A DNA stretch of 59,398 nucleotides from contig DVNH01000016.1 of the NCBI GenBank assembly GCA_018714565.1, positions 1 through 59,398 of the forward strand. Reading direction: 5' to 3'. The translations under genes were made by a program, and so were the position numbers. Shown piece by piece: positions 19,599 through 28,488 of the stretch. The stretch is from Candidatus Merdicola faecigallinarum (lineage in GTDB: Bacteria > Bacillota > Clostridia > TANB77 > CAG-508). The first letter of the stretch is position 1; every line of letters starts with the position of its first letter. The notes beneath the pieces were generated by a model. The model was not told the DNA's origin. It searched no databases and saw nothing but the letters and a program-made list of their open reading frames with translations.

Positions 19599-21233
19599 TC
19601 AATCATTTTGCTTTTTTTCTTCTGGAATAAAACTGATAATTTGATACCCTCCTCCTATTACGCTAATTTTTAACTCTATTTTACTTTCTGCTTTATCATT
19701 CATCGTATTTTCTTGAATCATAATTTTATCTATTAATTCATCTATATAATCTTCTATATTATTCTTTGATATTATTAATTCTTTTCCAATATTCTCTCTT
19801 AATTTTTTATAAGCATCTTTTTCTTTCTCTTGTTTGCTTTTCTTTCCTTCTAATTCTTTTAATTTTGTCTCTAGCGTAAAAATTTCTTTCTCTATCGATA
19901 TCTTCTTTATTTTTAATTCTTCTTCATTTAGAATCCCGTCTAAAGTTAAATCTAATAACTTATCTTTTTTATTTTTTAACATTTGTATTTCATTTTTACA
20001 TTTCATTTCTTGTACGATATTATTTTCTTGATTTGAAATTTCTATATAAAGATTCATTAATTCATTGCAAATTTCCGCTTCATAAGTTTCATATCTTTTA
20101 AAAAGATATAATAATAGATTATATAAATCCGTTTCTTTAAAACATGCCAGCATACAATCTCTTTTTCCTGTTTTGTGAAAATTGCTGCAATACCAATAAA
20201 CAATATCTGGTTTATTTTTATAATGTCTAACTTTTCTTACAAAACTACATTTATGTTTTTCACAATAAAGTTTTCCAGATAAAGGATATCTGGTTTGATG
20301 CCTTTGATATGTAGGAGCATTTTTACCTCTACTCATTAATTTCTTATTTGCTTTTTCCCACAAATCTTCTGATATAATCGGAGGTACCTTTTCGTAATCT
20401 TTAAATACTTTCCATTGTTTTTTATCATTAAAATTTCTTTTTTTAGTTCGGTAATCTACGACAGTGGATAATCCTCCAGTGTAATATCCTTTATACTTAG
20501 GATTTTGGATAATTTTCTTTAATGTATTTTGGTGAAATCTATTTCCATTATGGTTGTAATATCCTTGTTTAGCAAGTTCCATAGATAATTTTTTAAGTCC
20601 TATTTTATTATCATTTGCATAGGTAGCAAAAATCTTTCTAATAATAGATGCTTCCTCTTCATCAATAATAAGTTTCCCTTTTGCTTTTTTATATCCCCAA
20701 ATATTATTGGTTCCTAAAACAGTTCCTTTATCAATTGCTCTCTTAAAACCAAATTTCGTTCTTTCAGAAATTTTTCGAACTTCATCTTGTGCCATACTAG
20801 ACATAATTGTAAGTCTTAATTCTCCATCATTGGATGCTGTTATAATATTATCCGATAAAAAATAAACACAAACATCATATTCTAATAATTTTCTTGTATA
20901 AAATAAACTGTCTATCGTATCACGAGAAAACCTAGAAACTTCTTTAGCAATAATTAAATCAAACTTTTTTTGCTTACTGTCTTCTATCATTTTCATAAAA
21001 TTTTCTCTTTTTAGAGAGGTGATTCCACTTATTCCTTCATCTACGTATCCTGAAATAAAAATCCAATTTTGATTCTTTCTTATATATTCTTCAAAAAAAG
21101 AAACTTGATTTTCCAAAGAATTCATTTGTTCTTCTTTTTCTGTAGAAACTCTGGCATAATAAGTAACTTTTAATGGTAAATCAAAAATTGTTTTTCCTGC
21201 CAATAATTCTTGTTTTATCTGATAAATGGTCAA
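19599..21233 (-). CDS. Large serine recombinase
   Basis: YARVSTE, YVDEGISG, KEVSRFSR, NPKYKG, LSGKLYCEKH..YCS, coiled coil. Confidence 0.96.
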   Translation of the reverse strand: MTIYQIKQELLAGKTIFDLPLKVTYYARVSTEKEEQMNSLENQVSFFEEYIRKNQNWIFISGYVDEGISGITSLKRENFMKMIEDSKQKKFDLIIAKEVSRFSRDTIDSLFYTRKLLEYDVCVYFLSDNIITASNDGELRLTIMSSMAQDEVRKISERTKFGFKRAIDKGTVLGTNNIWGYKKAKGKLIIDEEEASIIRKIFATYANDNKIGLKKLSMELAKQGYYNHNGNRFHQNTLKKIIQNPKYKGYYTGGLSTVVDYRTKKRNFNDKKQWKVFKDYEKVPPIISEDLWEKANKKLMSRGKNAPTYQRHQTRYPLSGKLYCEKHKCSFVRKVRHYKNKPDIVYWYCSNFHKTGKRDCMLACFKETDLYNLLLYLFKRYETYEAEICNELMNLYIEISNQENNIVQEMKCKNEIQMLKNKKDKLLDLTLDGILNEEELKIKKISIEKEIFTLETKLKELEGKKSKQEKEKDAYKKLRENIGKELIISKNNIEDYIDELIDKIMIQENTMNDKAESKIELKISVIGGGYQIISFIPEEKKQND

Positions 21234-21278
21234 ATTCCTTCTTTCCCTTCCTGTAGCTAAACAAAAAATTGATAAAGA

Positions 21279-21419
21279 TTATTTTTTGGTTTCTTCCCAA
21301 ATTAAACTTTCGATCTTTCTAGATGCGTTTTCAAATAATTCTTTATCAATTACATTTTTTCTATATAAAATTTTATTCACTACTAATTCTATTTTTAATT
21401 TCATATATTTTTCTTTCAT
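21279..21419 (-). CDS. 46-aa SHOCT-like small protein; candidate directionality factor (missing from the ORF track)
   Basis: AAGGGG RBS; MKEKYMKLKIELVVNKILYRKNVIDKELFENASRKIESLIWEETKK directly upstream of LSR2. Confidence 0.6.
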   Translation of the reverse strand: MKEKYMKLKIELVVNKILYRKNVIDKELFENASRKIESLIWEETKK

Positions 21420-21434
21420 ATATTCCCCTTTAAA

Positions 21435-21463
21435 AATATATTAGTAATGTGCCTGTATTATTC
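21435..21463 (-). promoter_or_regulatory. sigmaE-like promoter of the small ORF and LSR2
   Basis: GAATAAT-14 nt-AATATATT. Confidence 0.4.
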
Positions 21464-21470
21464 TAATATT

Positions 21471-23672
21471 TTATTTTTTTCTTAATCGTAATGTATTTAA
21501 AATTACTGTTAAACTACTAATTACCATTGCTAAACTTGCAATCATTGGATTAATTACAATTCCTACTGGCTTTAATATGCCAATTGCAATTGGTATCATT
21601 AATATATTATAGAAAAATGCCCAAAATAAATTTTGCTTAATTATTTTCATTGTACTTTTACTTATATGAATTAATGTTAAAATACAATCTAAATTATTTC
21701 TTGTAAGAATTACATCGGATGAATCCATTGCAATATCTGTTCCACTTTTTACACTAACACCAATATCTGCTGTTGCTAAAGCTGGACTATCATTAATTCC
21801 ATCTCCACACATCATTACATTCTTACTCTGTTTTTTTAACTCTTTAATTACCTGTGTTTTTTCTGATGGCACTACATTTGCAATTACTTTTCCTATTCCA
21901 ATCTCTTTTGCAATTGTTTCTGCTGTTTCTTTATTATCACCTGTTAACATAATTGTATCAATTTTATTTTTATTTAATTTTTCGATTACTTCTTTTGCAT
22001 TTTTTCGAATGATATCATTTACGCCAATTAAAGCAATTATTTCTTTATCTTGAACTACATATACAATACTATTTCCTTTTTTTGCTAATTCATTTTCATC
22101 TTCCTTATATGGATTCTCTATCTGAAAGCTTTTTAAAATTTTTGCATTTCCAATGATTACTTTTTGATTATTTGCCTTGCCAATCACGCCATATCCACTA
22201 ACATTTCCAAATTCTTTTACTTCTAAAGGTTTTATTCTATTTTCTTCCATATAGTCTGTAAATGCTTTTCCAATTGGATGAGTTGACTTTCTCTCAATGC
22301 TACCAATCAATTGTAATAACTCATTATTTTCCATCTTACTATAATTTTTAATTTCAGAAATTTTTAAAGTTCCATAAGTTAATGTTCCCGTTTTATCAAA
22401 TACTACAGTATTTATTTTTTGTGCGTTTTCTAATATTTCACTTGATTTTACTAAAATTCCATGATTCGCACACTTTCCTTCTGATACTACAATTGCAAGT
22501 GGAGTTGCAAGTCCCAAACTACATGGACAGGCAACAACTAAAATCGTTACAAATACAATTAAACTGCTAGCAAAATCATAACCTAAAATAAGATAAAGAA
22601 GAAAACTTAAAATTGCTATTATCATTACAATTGGCACAAAATAACTTGAAACAATATCTGCCATTTTTGCAATTGGAGCTTTTGTATTACTTGCTTCTAC
22701 CACTAGTTTTACAATTTCAGATATGGTAGATTCTCTTCCTATTTTTTCTGCCTTATATTCTATATACCCATCATAATTAATACTACCCGCAATTACTTTT
22801 GCACCACGATCTTTCGTTACTGGCTTACTTTCTCCGGTAATAAACGATTCATCTAAATGTGCTTTGCCTTCTATAATTTCTCCATCTACTGAAATTCTTT
22901 CTCCAGGTCTACTTACTACAATATCTCCTTTATGCACTTCATCAATCGTTACTATTTTCTCTTTCCCGTCCACTTTAATTGTTGCTTTCTCTGGGGTAAT
23001 TTTTACTAATTTTTGAATTGCTTCTTTGGTTTTATCCTTACTAATCCCATCTAGATATCTTCCTAATTTCACAAAATAAATTACCATAGCTGCTGACTCA
23101 AAATATAAATGATGAATTGCAGAAGTATCTCCTCTTATGATTAATACCATACTATATATACTATATAAAAAACTACTTAAAACTCCAATTCCAACTAAAG
23201 TATCCATATTTGGAGTTCTATGAATTAAATTTTTATATCCATTTTTTAAAACATCAAATCCATAAATAAAAAACAAAATTGCAAAAATAAATAAGCAGAT
23301 TGTATAACCTATGGGATTTTTGCTTGGATCAATCATTTCTAAAGTAGGTAAATGTATCATGTGCCCCATTGCAATATACATAAAAATAATTGCTAAAACA
23401 GTAAAGAAAATAAATTTTCTTTTTTCTTTTTTATTTTTACTTTCTATTTTTATTTCTTTAAATTCTCCTAAGCTCTTAAATCCTGCTTTTTTAACAAATT
23501 CATTTAATTGATCTACTGTTAAAATTTTTTCGTCATATTCGATACTTGCATTTGCTAATACCAAATTTACAGAAGCTTGTTTAATTCCTTTTTGCTTATT
23601 TAGATATTTTTCAAGGCCATTAGAACAAGCACTACAGGTCATTCCTTCTATGGATAATATGATTTTTTTCAT
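21471..23672 (-). CDS. copA: Cu(I)-type P1B ATPase
   Basis: GMTCSAC HMA, TGES, CPC, DKTGTLT, HP, GDGINDSP, YN and MxxSS motifs. Confidence 0.92.
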   Translation of the reverse strand: MKKIILSIEGMTCSACSNGLEKYLNKQKGIKQASVNLVLANASIEYDEKILTVDQLNEFVKKAGFKSLGEFKEIKIESKNKKEKRKFIFFTVLAIIFMYIAMGHMIHLPTLEMIDPSKNPIGYTICLFIFAILFFIYGFDVLKNGYKNLIHRTPNMDTLVGIGVLSSFLYSIYSMVLIIRGDTSAIHHLYFESAAMVIYFVKLGRYLDGISKDKTKEAIQKLVKITPEKATIKVDGKEKIVTIDEVHKGDIVVSRPGERISVDGEIIEGKAHLDESFITGESKPVTKDRGAKVIAGSINYDGYIEYKAEKIGRESTISEIVKLVVEASNTKAPIAKMADIVSSYFVPIVMIIAILSFLLYLILGYDFASSLIVFVTILVVACPCSLGLATPLAIVVSEGKCANHGILVKSSEILENAQKINTVVFDKTGTLTYGTLKISEIKNYSKMENNELLQLIGSIERKSTHPIGKAFTDYMEENRIKPLEVKEFGNVSGYGVIGKANNQKVIIGNAKILKSFQIENPYKEDENELAKKGNSIVYVVQDKEIIALIGVNDIIRKNAKEVIEKLNKNKIDTIMLTGDNKETAETIAKEIGIGKVIANVVPSEKTQVIKELKKQSKNVMMCGDGINDSPALATADIGVSVKSGTDIAMDSSDVILTRNNLDCILTLIHISKSTMKIIKQNLFWAFFYNILMIPIAIGILKPVGIVINPMIASLAMVISSLTVILNTLRLRKK

Positions 23673-23674
23673 AC

Positions 23675-23887
23675 TTAACCTTCCTTTACAATTTCAAATC
23701 CAATATCAGTAATTGTTTCTTCCATTTCTTCTTTCGTTACTTTTTCTTCTGCTAATACTCTTACCATTCCTGTATGAAAATCCGCTTCTACTGTTTTTAT
23801 TCCTTCTACTTCTCCTAAAGCATTTTTTATCCTATTTTCACATCCCCCACAAGACATTCCTTCAACCTTTAAAATTGTTTCTTTCAT
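23675..23887 (-). CDS. copZ: Copper chaperone (HMA domain)
   Basis: VEGMSCGGC. Confidence 0.85.
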   Translation of the reverse strand: MKETILKVEGMSCGGCENRIKNALGEVEGIKTVEADFHTGMVRVLAEEKVTKEEMEETITDIGFEIVKEG

Positions 23888-24027
23888 TTTTCTTCCTCCT
23901 TCTTATTTTTTATTTTCTTTTAGGTTTATTATAACACATTTTCATTTTTTTCACTTATATTTTAATTCTATTCTTTTTTCTCTATTTCCTTAAATTCTCT
24001 CTTCTAACTTTTTTCTCATCCTCTTTT

Positions 24028-25869
24028 TTAGTTTATTTTTCTTAATGCTCTAAGTGCATTAAGAATTGCAATAATAGAAACACCAACGTCTGCAAATACC
24101 GCTTCCCACATTGTTGATACTCCAACTGCTGTTAAGACTAATACTACAATCTTAACAAAAATTGCAAATATTATATTTTCTCTAACAATTCTCATTGTTT
24201 TCTTTGATAATTTAATTGCCTTTATTAGTTTAGAAGGTTCATCTGTCATGATAACAATATCTGCTGCTTCAATTGCACTATCTGCTCCCAAACCACCCAT
24301 TGCAATTCCAATATCTGCTAATGTTAAAACTGGACTATCATTAATTCCATCACCTACAAATACTAATTTCCCTTTTTCTGACTTTGCTTTTAATAATTCT
24401 TCTACTTTTTCTACTTTATCTGCTGGTAATAAATCGGTGTATACTTTATCCATTCCAAGTTTTTCTGCTACATTTTCACCTACCTTTTTTCTATCGCCCG
24501 TAAGCATTACCGTTTGTTTTATATTGTTTTTCTTTAATTCATGAATCGTAGTTTTTGCATCTTCTTTTATTGTATCCGAAATTAATATATATCCTGCATA
24601 TTTATTTTCTATTGCAACATATAAAATGGTTCCAATTTCATTACACTTTTCGAATTCTATCTTTCTAGTGTTCATTAATTTTTCATTTCCTACCAAAACC
24701 TCTTTTCCTTTTATTTTAGCGGTAATTCCAAGTCCTGATAATTCCTGATAATCATTAATTTCGTTTTCTTTTATTTTCCTTTCGTATACTTGCTTGATAG
24801 ATTCTGAAATTGGATGATTCGAATAATTTTCTGCATACGCAACTACTTCTAATAATTCCTCCTTTGAGATTTGTACTGGCTCTATTTTTTGAACTTCGAA
24901 TACTCCTTTGGTTAATGTTCCTGTTTTATCAAATACCACAATTTCTGCATGGGATAATGCTTCTAAATAATTACTTCCTTTTACTAATATTCCCATCTTA
25001 GAAGCTCCTCCGATTCCTCCAAAAAAGCTTAATGGAATTGAAATAACTAAAGCACAAGGACAGGATACTACTAAGAAAGACAATGCTCTATAAATCCAAT
25101 CAGAAAATGTTTCTATCCCTAAAATAAGAGGCGGAACAATTGCAAGTATAACAGCAATTATAACAACGATCGGAGTATAGTATTTTGCAAATTTTGTAAT
25201 AAAATTTTCTGATTTTGATTTTTTGCTACTTGCATTTTCTACTAATTCTAAAATTTTGCTTACTGTAGATTCTCCATATTCTTTCTTAACTTCAACCTTA
25301 ATTACACCATTTAAATTAATACAGCCACTAAGCACTTCTTCTCCTTCTAGCACTTCTCTTGGAGACGACTCTCCTGTTAGTGCTTTCGTATCTAATGTTG
25401 TTTTTCCTTCCAGTATAATACCATCTAGCGGAATTTTTTCACCAGGCTTTACAATAATTTTATCTCCTATCTTTACTTCATCTGGATCTACTTTTTTTAT
25501 GTCTCCATCTTGCCAAAGATTCGCAAAGTCTGGTCTAATATCCATTAAACTTGCAATGGATTTTCTTGATTTATCTACCGCATAACTTTGGAATAATTCT
25601 CCTACTTGATAGAATAGCATAACTGCCACTGCCTCTGGATATTCTCCAATTCCAAAAGCCCCTATGGTTGCTATTGTCATTAAAAAATTTTCGTCAAATA
25701 CTTTTCCTCTAAAAATATTTCTGATTGCTTTTTTTACAATTTCAAATCCTACAATAATATAACTTATAATAAAAATTCCATTATTGATCCATTCATTTTC
25801 AAATTTTATAACCATAGATATTGCATATAAGATAAGTGCAATGATAATTTTTATTGCTTTCTTTTTCAT
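24028..25869 (-). CDS. cadA: Cd/Zn-type P1B ATPase (lacks an N-terminal HMA)
   Basis: FDENFLM, SCPCAL, DKTGTLT, HP, AVFADVG. Confidence 0.88.
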   Translation of the reverse strand: MKKKAIKIIIALILYAISMVIKFENEWINNGIFIISYIIVGFEIVKKAIRNIFRGKVFDENFLMTIATIGAFGIGEYPEAVAVMLFYQVGELFQSYAVDKSRKSIASLMDIRPDFANLWQDGDIKKVDPDEVKIGDKIIVKPGEKIPLDGIILEGKTTLDTKALTGESSPREVLEGEEVLSGCINLNGVIKVEVKKEYGESTVSKILELVENASSKKSKSENFITKFAKYYTPIVVIIAVILAIVPPLILGIETFSDWIYRALSFLVVSCPCALVISIPLSFFGGIGGASKMGILVKGSNYLEALSHAEIVVFDKTGTLTKGVFEVQKIEPVQISKEELLEVVAYAENYSNHPISESIKQVYERKIKENEINDYQELSGLGITAKIKGKEVLVGNEKLMNTRKIEFEKCNEIGTILYVAIENKYAGYILISDTIKEDAKTTIHELKKNNIKQTVMLTGDRKKVGENVAEKLGMDKVYTDLLPADKVEKVEELLKAKSEKGKLVFVGDGINDSPVLTLADIGIAMGGLGADSAIEAADIVIMTDEPSKLIKAIKLSKKTMRIVRENIIFAIFVKIVVLVLTAVGVSTMWEAVFADVGVSIIAILNALRALRKIN

Positions 25870-25882
25870 ATTGTTCTCCTCC

Positions 25883-26104
25883 TTATATTTCTTCTATTGT
25901 TACATCCGGCTCTTCTCTTTTAACTACCTTTTTTAGTTGTTTGATAATTTCTTCTTTATGATTTTCCTCATATTCTATTTCCATTCTCTCTGCCATAAAG
26001 CTAATACTTACTGCATTCATTCCTTCTATTTTTTGAATTGCTCTTTCTAACTCTGCTGCACAATTTGCACAATCTAATCCTTTTATTTTAAATTTACTTT
26101 TCAT
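25883..26104 (-). CDS. Stand-alone HMA domain protein
   Basis: GLDCANCA. Confidence 0.85.
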   Translation of the reverse strand: MKSKFKIKGLDCANCAAELERAIQKIEGMNAVSISFMAERMEIEYEENHKEEIIKQLKKVVKREEPDVTIEEI

Positions 26105-26175
26105 TCTCTTTTCCTCCCTTTTGTTATCTATCTTTAAAATTCTATTTTTCTATCAATGAAACAAATCCTATCCTT

Positions 26176-26553
26176 TTATTGTTCCTTCATTGACTCTTTA
26201 TGTTCGATATGCTCGATACCTATTTCAAAAACTTGCTTTACGTGATCATCATCTAAAGTATAATATACTTCTTTTCCATCCCTTCTACTTTTAACAATTC
26301 CACTTTGCCTTAGTGCTGCTAATTGATGTGAAATAGATGATTTTGTCATTCCAAGTACATTTGCGATATCACATACACACATCTCATTTTGATCTAATGC
26401 AAATAGGATTTTTGTTCTTGTTGGATCTCCTATAATTTTAAAGAATTCTGCTAATTTATTAAATAATTCTTGTTTTGGCATCTTTTCTAAAGTTTCTTTT
26501 ACTACTTCTTGATGAATAATATTGCAATCACATACAAATTCATTGTTTGACAT
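26176..26553 (-). CDS. ArsR/SmtB (CadC-like) metal-sensing repressor
   Basis: CDC..EMCVCDIA..SSISHQL..LDDDHV..HIEH. Confidence 0.93.
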   Translation of the reverse strand: MSNNEFVCDCNIIHQEVVKETLEKMPKQELFNKLAEFFKIIGDPTRTKILFALDQNEMCVCDIANVLGMTKSSISHQLAALRQSGIVKSRRDGKEVYYTLDDDHVKQVFEIGIEHIEHKESMKEQ

Positions 26554-26587
26554 TCTTTTTTCTCCCTTCTTTAAAAAGCATAATTAC

Positions 26588-26651
26588 AGTTGAATATTTA
26601 TTCAACTTTTATTTACTATATATTATAGTTGAATCGTCGTTCAATTGTCAA
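26588..26651 (-). promoter_or_regulatory. sigmaA promoter with two ArsR-type operator inverted repeats
   Basis: TTGACA-18-TATAAT; inverted repeats AGTTGAATA-TT-TATTCAACT (26588-26607) and AGTTGAA-6-TTCAATT (26627-26646). Confidence 0.75.
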
Positions 26652-26717
26652 TCATTTTTTCATTTTTTATTTTTCATTTCTTGTTATTCCATAAATCAAT
26701 TTACCACTTTGTCACTC

Positions 26718-27574
26718 CCATGTGCATGGGATTTGGTTGTAACGCTGCAGGAGTCGTTGGATGTCGAATTATTGATTCACCTAGAGAAAAACTAATTGCA
26801 ATACTTACTAATAGTTTTGTTCCTTGTAATGGCAGATTTCCTTTTTTAATTACAATTTCTAGTATTTTTATTGCTGGTTTATGTGGTGGATTTACAGGCT
26901 CCTTACTTTCTACTTTTACTGTACTTTTTATTATATTACTAGGTGTATTTTTTACTTTATTCATTTCTAAAGTATTGTCAAAAACGATCTTAAAAGGGCT
27001 TCCTTCTTCTTTTGTTTTGGAACTTCCACCCTACCGCAAACCACAACTCGGAAGCATTTTAATTCGTTCTATTTTGGATCGAACTTTATTTGTATTAGGA
27101 AGAGCAATTGCGGTAGCAGCACCTTCTGGTATTGTAATATGGGTACTCGCTAATTTAACAATTGGAGGATGTAATTTACTTGATCTCATTGCTAATTTTT
27201 TTACCCCTCTTGCTCACTTAATGGGATTGGACGGTTATATTCTAACTGCTTTTATCTTAGGAATTCCAGCAAATGAAATTGTCCTTCCTATTCTTTTAAT
27301 GAGTTACTTAAAAACAAATTCTCTTGTTCGTATAGAAGATACATTTTATATTGGTCAAATTCTAGTTCAAAATGGCTGGACCCTACTTACTGCCATTAAT
27401 GTAATGATTTTTGCATTATTACATTTTCCTTGTAGTACTACTCTTATTACAATAAAAAAAGAAACCGGCAGTATAAAATGGAGTATTTTGTCTTTTATAC
27501 TACCAACCATTTGTGGAATTATTTTATGCATGTGTACAACAGCTATTTGGAATTTCGTCCATTTTTTGTGCTAA
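26718..27574 (+). CDS. feoB: FeoB, 3' part
   Basis: MCMGFGCNAAG..FVPCNGR..FVLELPPYR..PANEIV..HFPC; no RBS of its own. Confidence 0.95.
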
Positions 27575-27594
27575 AGAGAAAACTCTTTTCTATC

Positions 27595-27623
27595 TTGACT
27601 TTTCTTATATTTTTCTATATGAT
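27595..27623 (+). promoter_or_regulatory. sigmaA promoter of rubrerythrin
   Basis: TTGACT-17 nt-TATGAT. Confidence 0.7.
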
Positions 27624-27634
27624 ATAGGCAGAAA

Positions 27635-27742
27635 TAAGAAAAGTGGCTTCGCCACATGTGCAGATTACTTCGTAATCGCACAGACTAAGGTAACTTAACC
27701 TTGTTACTTCAGAAATTTCTAACGAAATTTCCTACGTAATAA
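27635..27742 (+). repeat. Dispersed three-hairpin repeat, copy D (in the rubrerythrin 5' UTR)
   Basis: Same element; lies between the promoter and the AGGAGG RBS. Confidence 0.92.
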
Positions 27743-27761
27743 AGAAATAGGAGGTAGAAAA

Positions 27762-28295
27762 ATGGAATTAAAAGGATCAAAAACAGAAGCTAACTTGAAA
27801 GCTGCTTTCGCAGGAGAGTCAGAAGCTAGAAATAAATATACTTACTTTGCTAGTGTTGCAAAAAAAGAAGGATATGAACAAATTGCAGCATTATTTTTAG
27901 AAACAGCTGAAAATGAAAAAGAACACGCTAAACTTCACTTAAAATATTTAAATGGAATTGGTGACACAAAACAAAATTTAGCAGATGCAGCTGCTGGTGA
28001 AAATTACGAATGGACAGATATGTATGACAGATTTGCAAAAGAGGCAGAAGAAGAAGGATTTATGGAAATTGCAGCTACAATGAGAGGTATTGCAGCAATT
28101 GAAAAAGAACATGAAGAAAGATATCGTAAACTTCTTAAAAATCTTGAAGATGGAGAAGTTTTCCAAAAAGGAAGTATTGTTGTTTGGAAATGTAGAAATT
28201 GTGGACATATTGTAGTTGGTACGCAAGCTCCTTCTATTTGTCCTGTTTGTAAACATCCACAAAGCTTTTTTGAAGTAAAAGCTGAAAATTATTAA
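27762..28295 (+). CDS. rbr: Rubrerythrin
   Basis: [30 protein letters not shown]. Confidence 0.96.
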   Translation: MELKGSKTEANLKAAFAGESEARNKYTYFASVAKKEGYEQIAALFLETAENEKEHAKLHLKYLNGIGDTKQNLADAAAGENYEWTDMYDRFAKEAEEEGFMEIAATMRGIAAIEKEHEERYRKLLKNLEDGEVFQKGSIVVWKCRNCGHIVVGTQAPSICPVCKHPQSFFEVKAENY

Positions 28296-28377
28296 TACCA
28301 AAAGATTCATTTTAACTTTAATGTTTTTTCCAAAAAGAAAGAACAAAGTGATTTTTATATCCTTTGTTCTTTCTTTT

Positions 28378-28473
28378 TTATTGCTCCAGAAATTTCTGGA
28401 GCAACAAGGTTAAGTTTCTTTATTTCGTGCGATTGCGAAGCACTCTGTACATAGGGCGAAGCCACTTTTCTTA
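28378..28473 (-). repeat. Dispersed three-hairpin repeat, copy E (inverted, shortened third stem)
   Basis: Reverse complement matches copies A-D. Confidence 0.9.
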
Positions 28474-28488
28474 TTATTTTATATCAAC

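Larger units (their letters stand above)
17193..26729. mobile_element. 9.5-kb feoB-intervening LSR element with att sites
   Basis: 12-bp direct repeat CCATGTGCATGG at 17193-17204 and 26718-26729; inner arms are inverted repeats; internal LSR; in-silico excision restores feoB in frame. Confidence 0.93.

Noticed and set aside
26762-26768. TGTCGAA Spo0A box in the feoB 3' half
   Set aside because: It lies inside coding sequence (Cys-Arg-Ile) and is probably incidental.
1868-28473. Dispersed repeats as a CRISPR array or a riboswitch
   Set aside because: Copies are isolated with no spacers and no cas genes; orientation relative to neighbouring genes is inconsistent.
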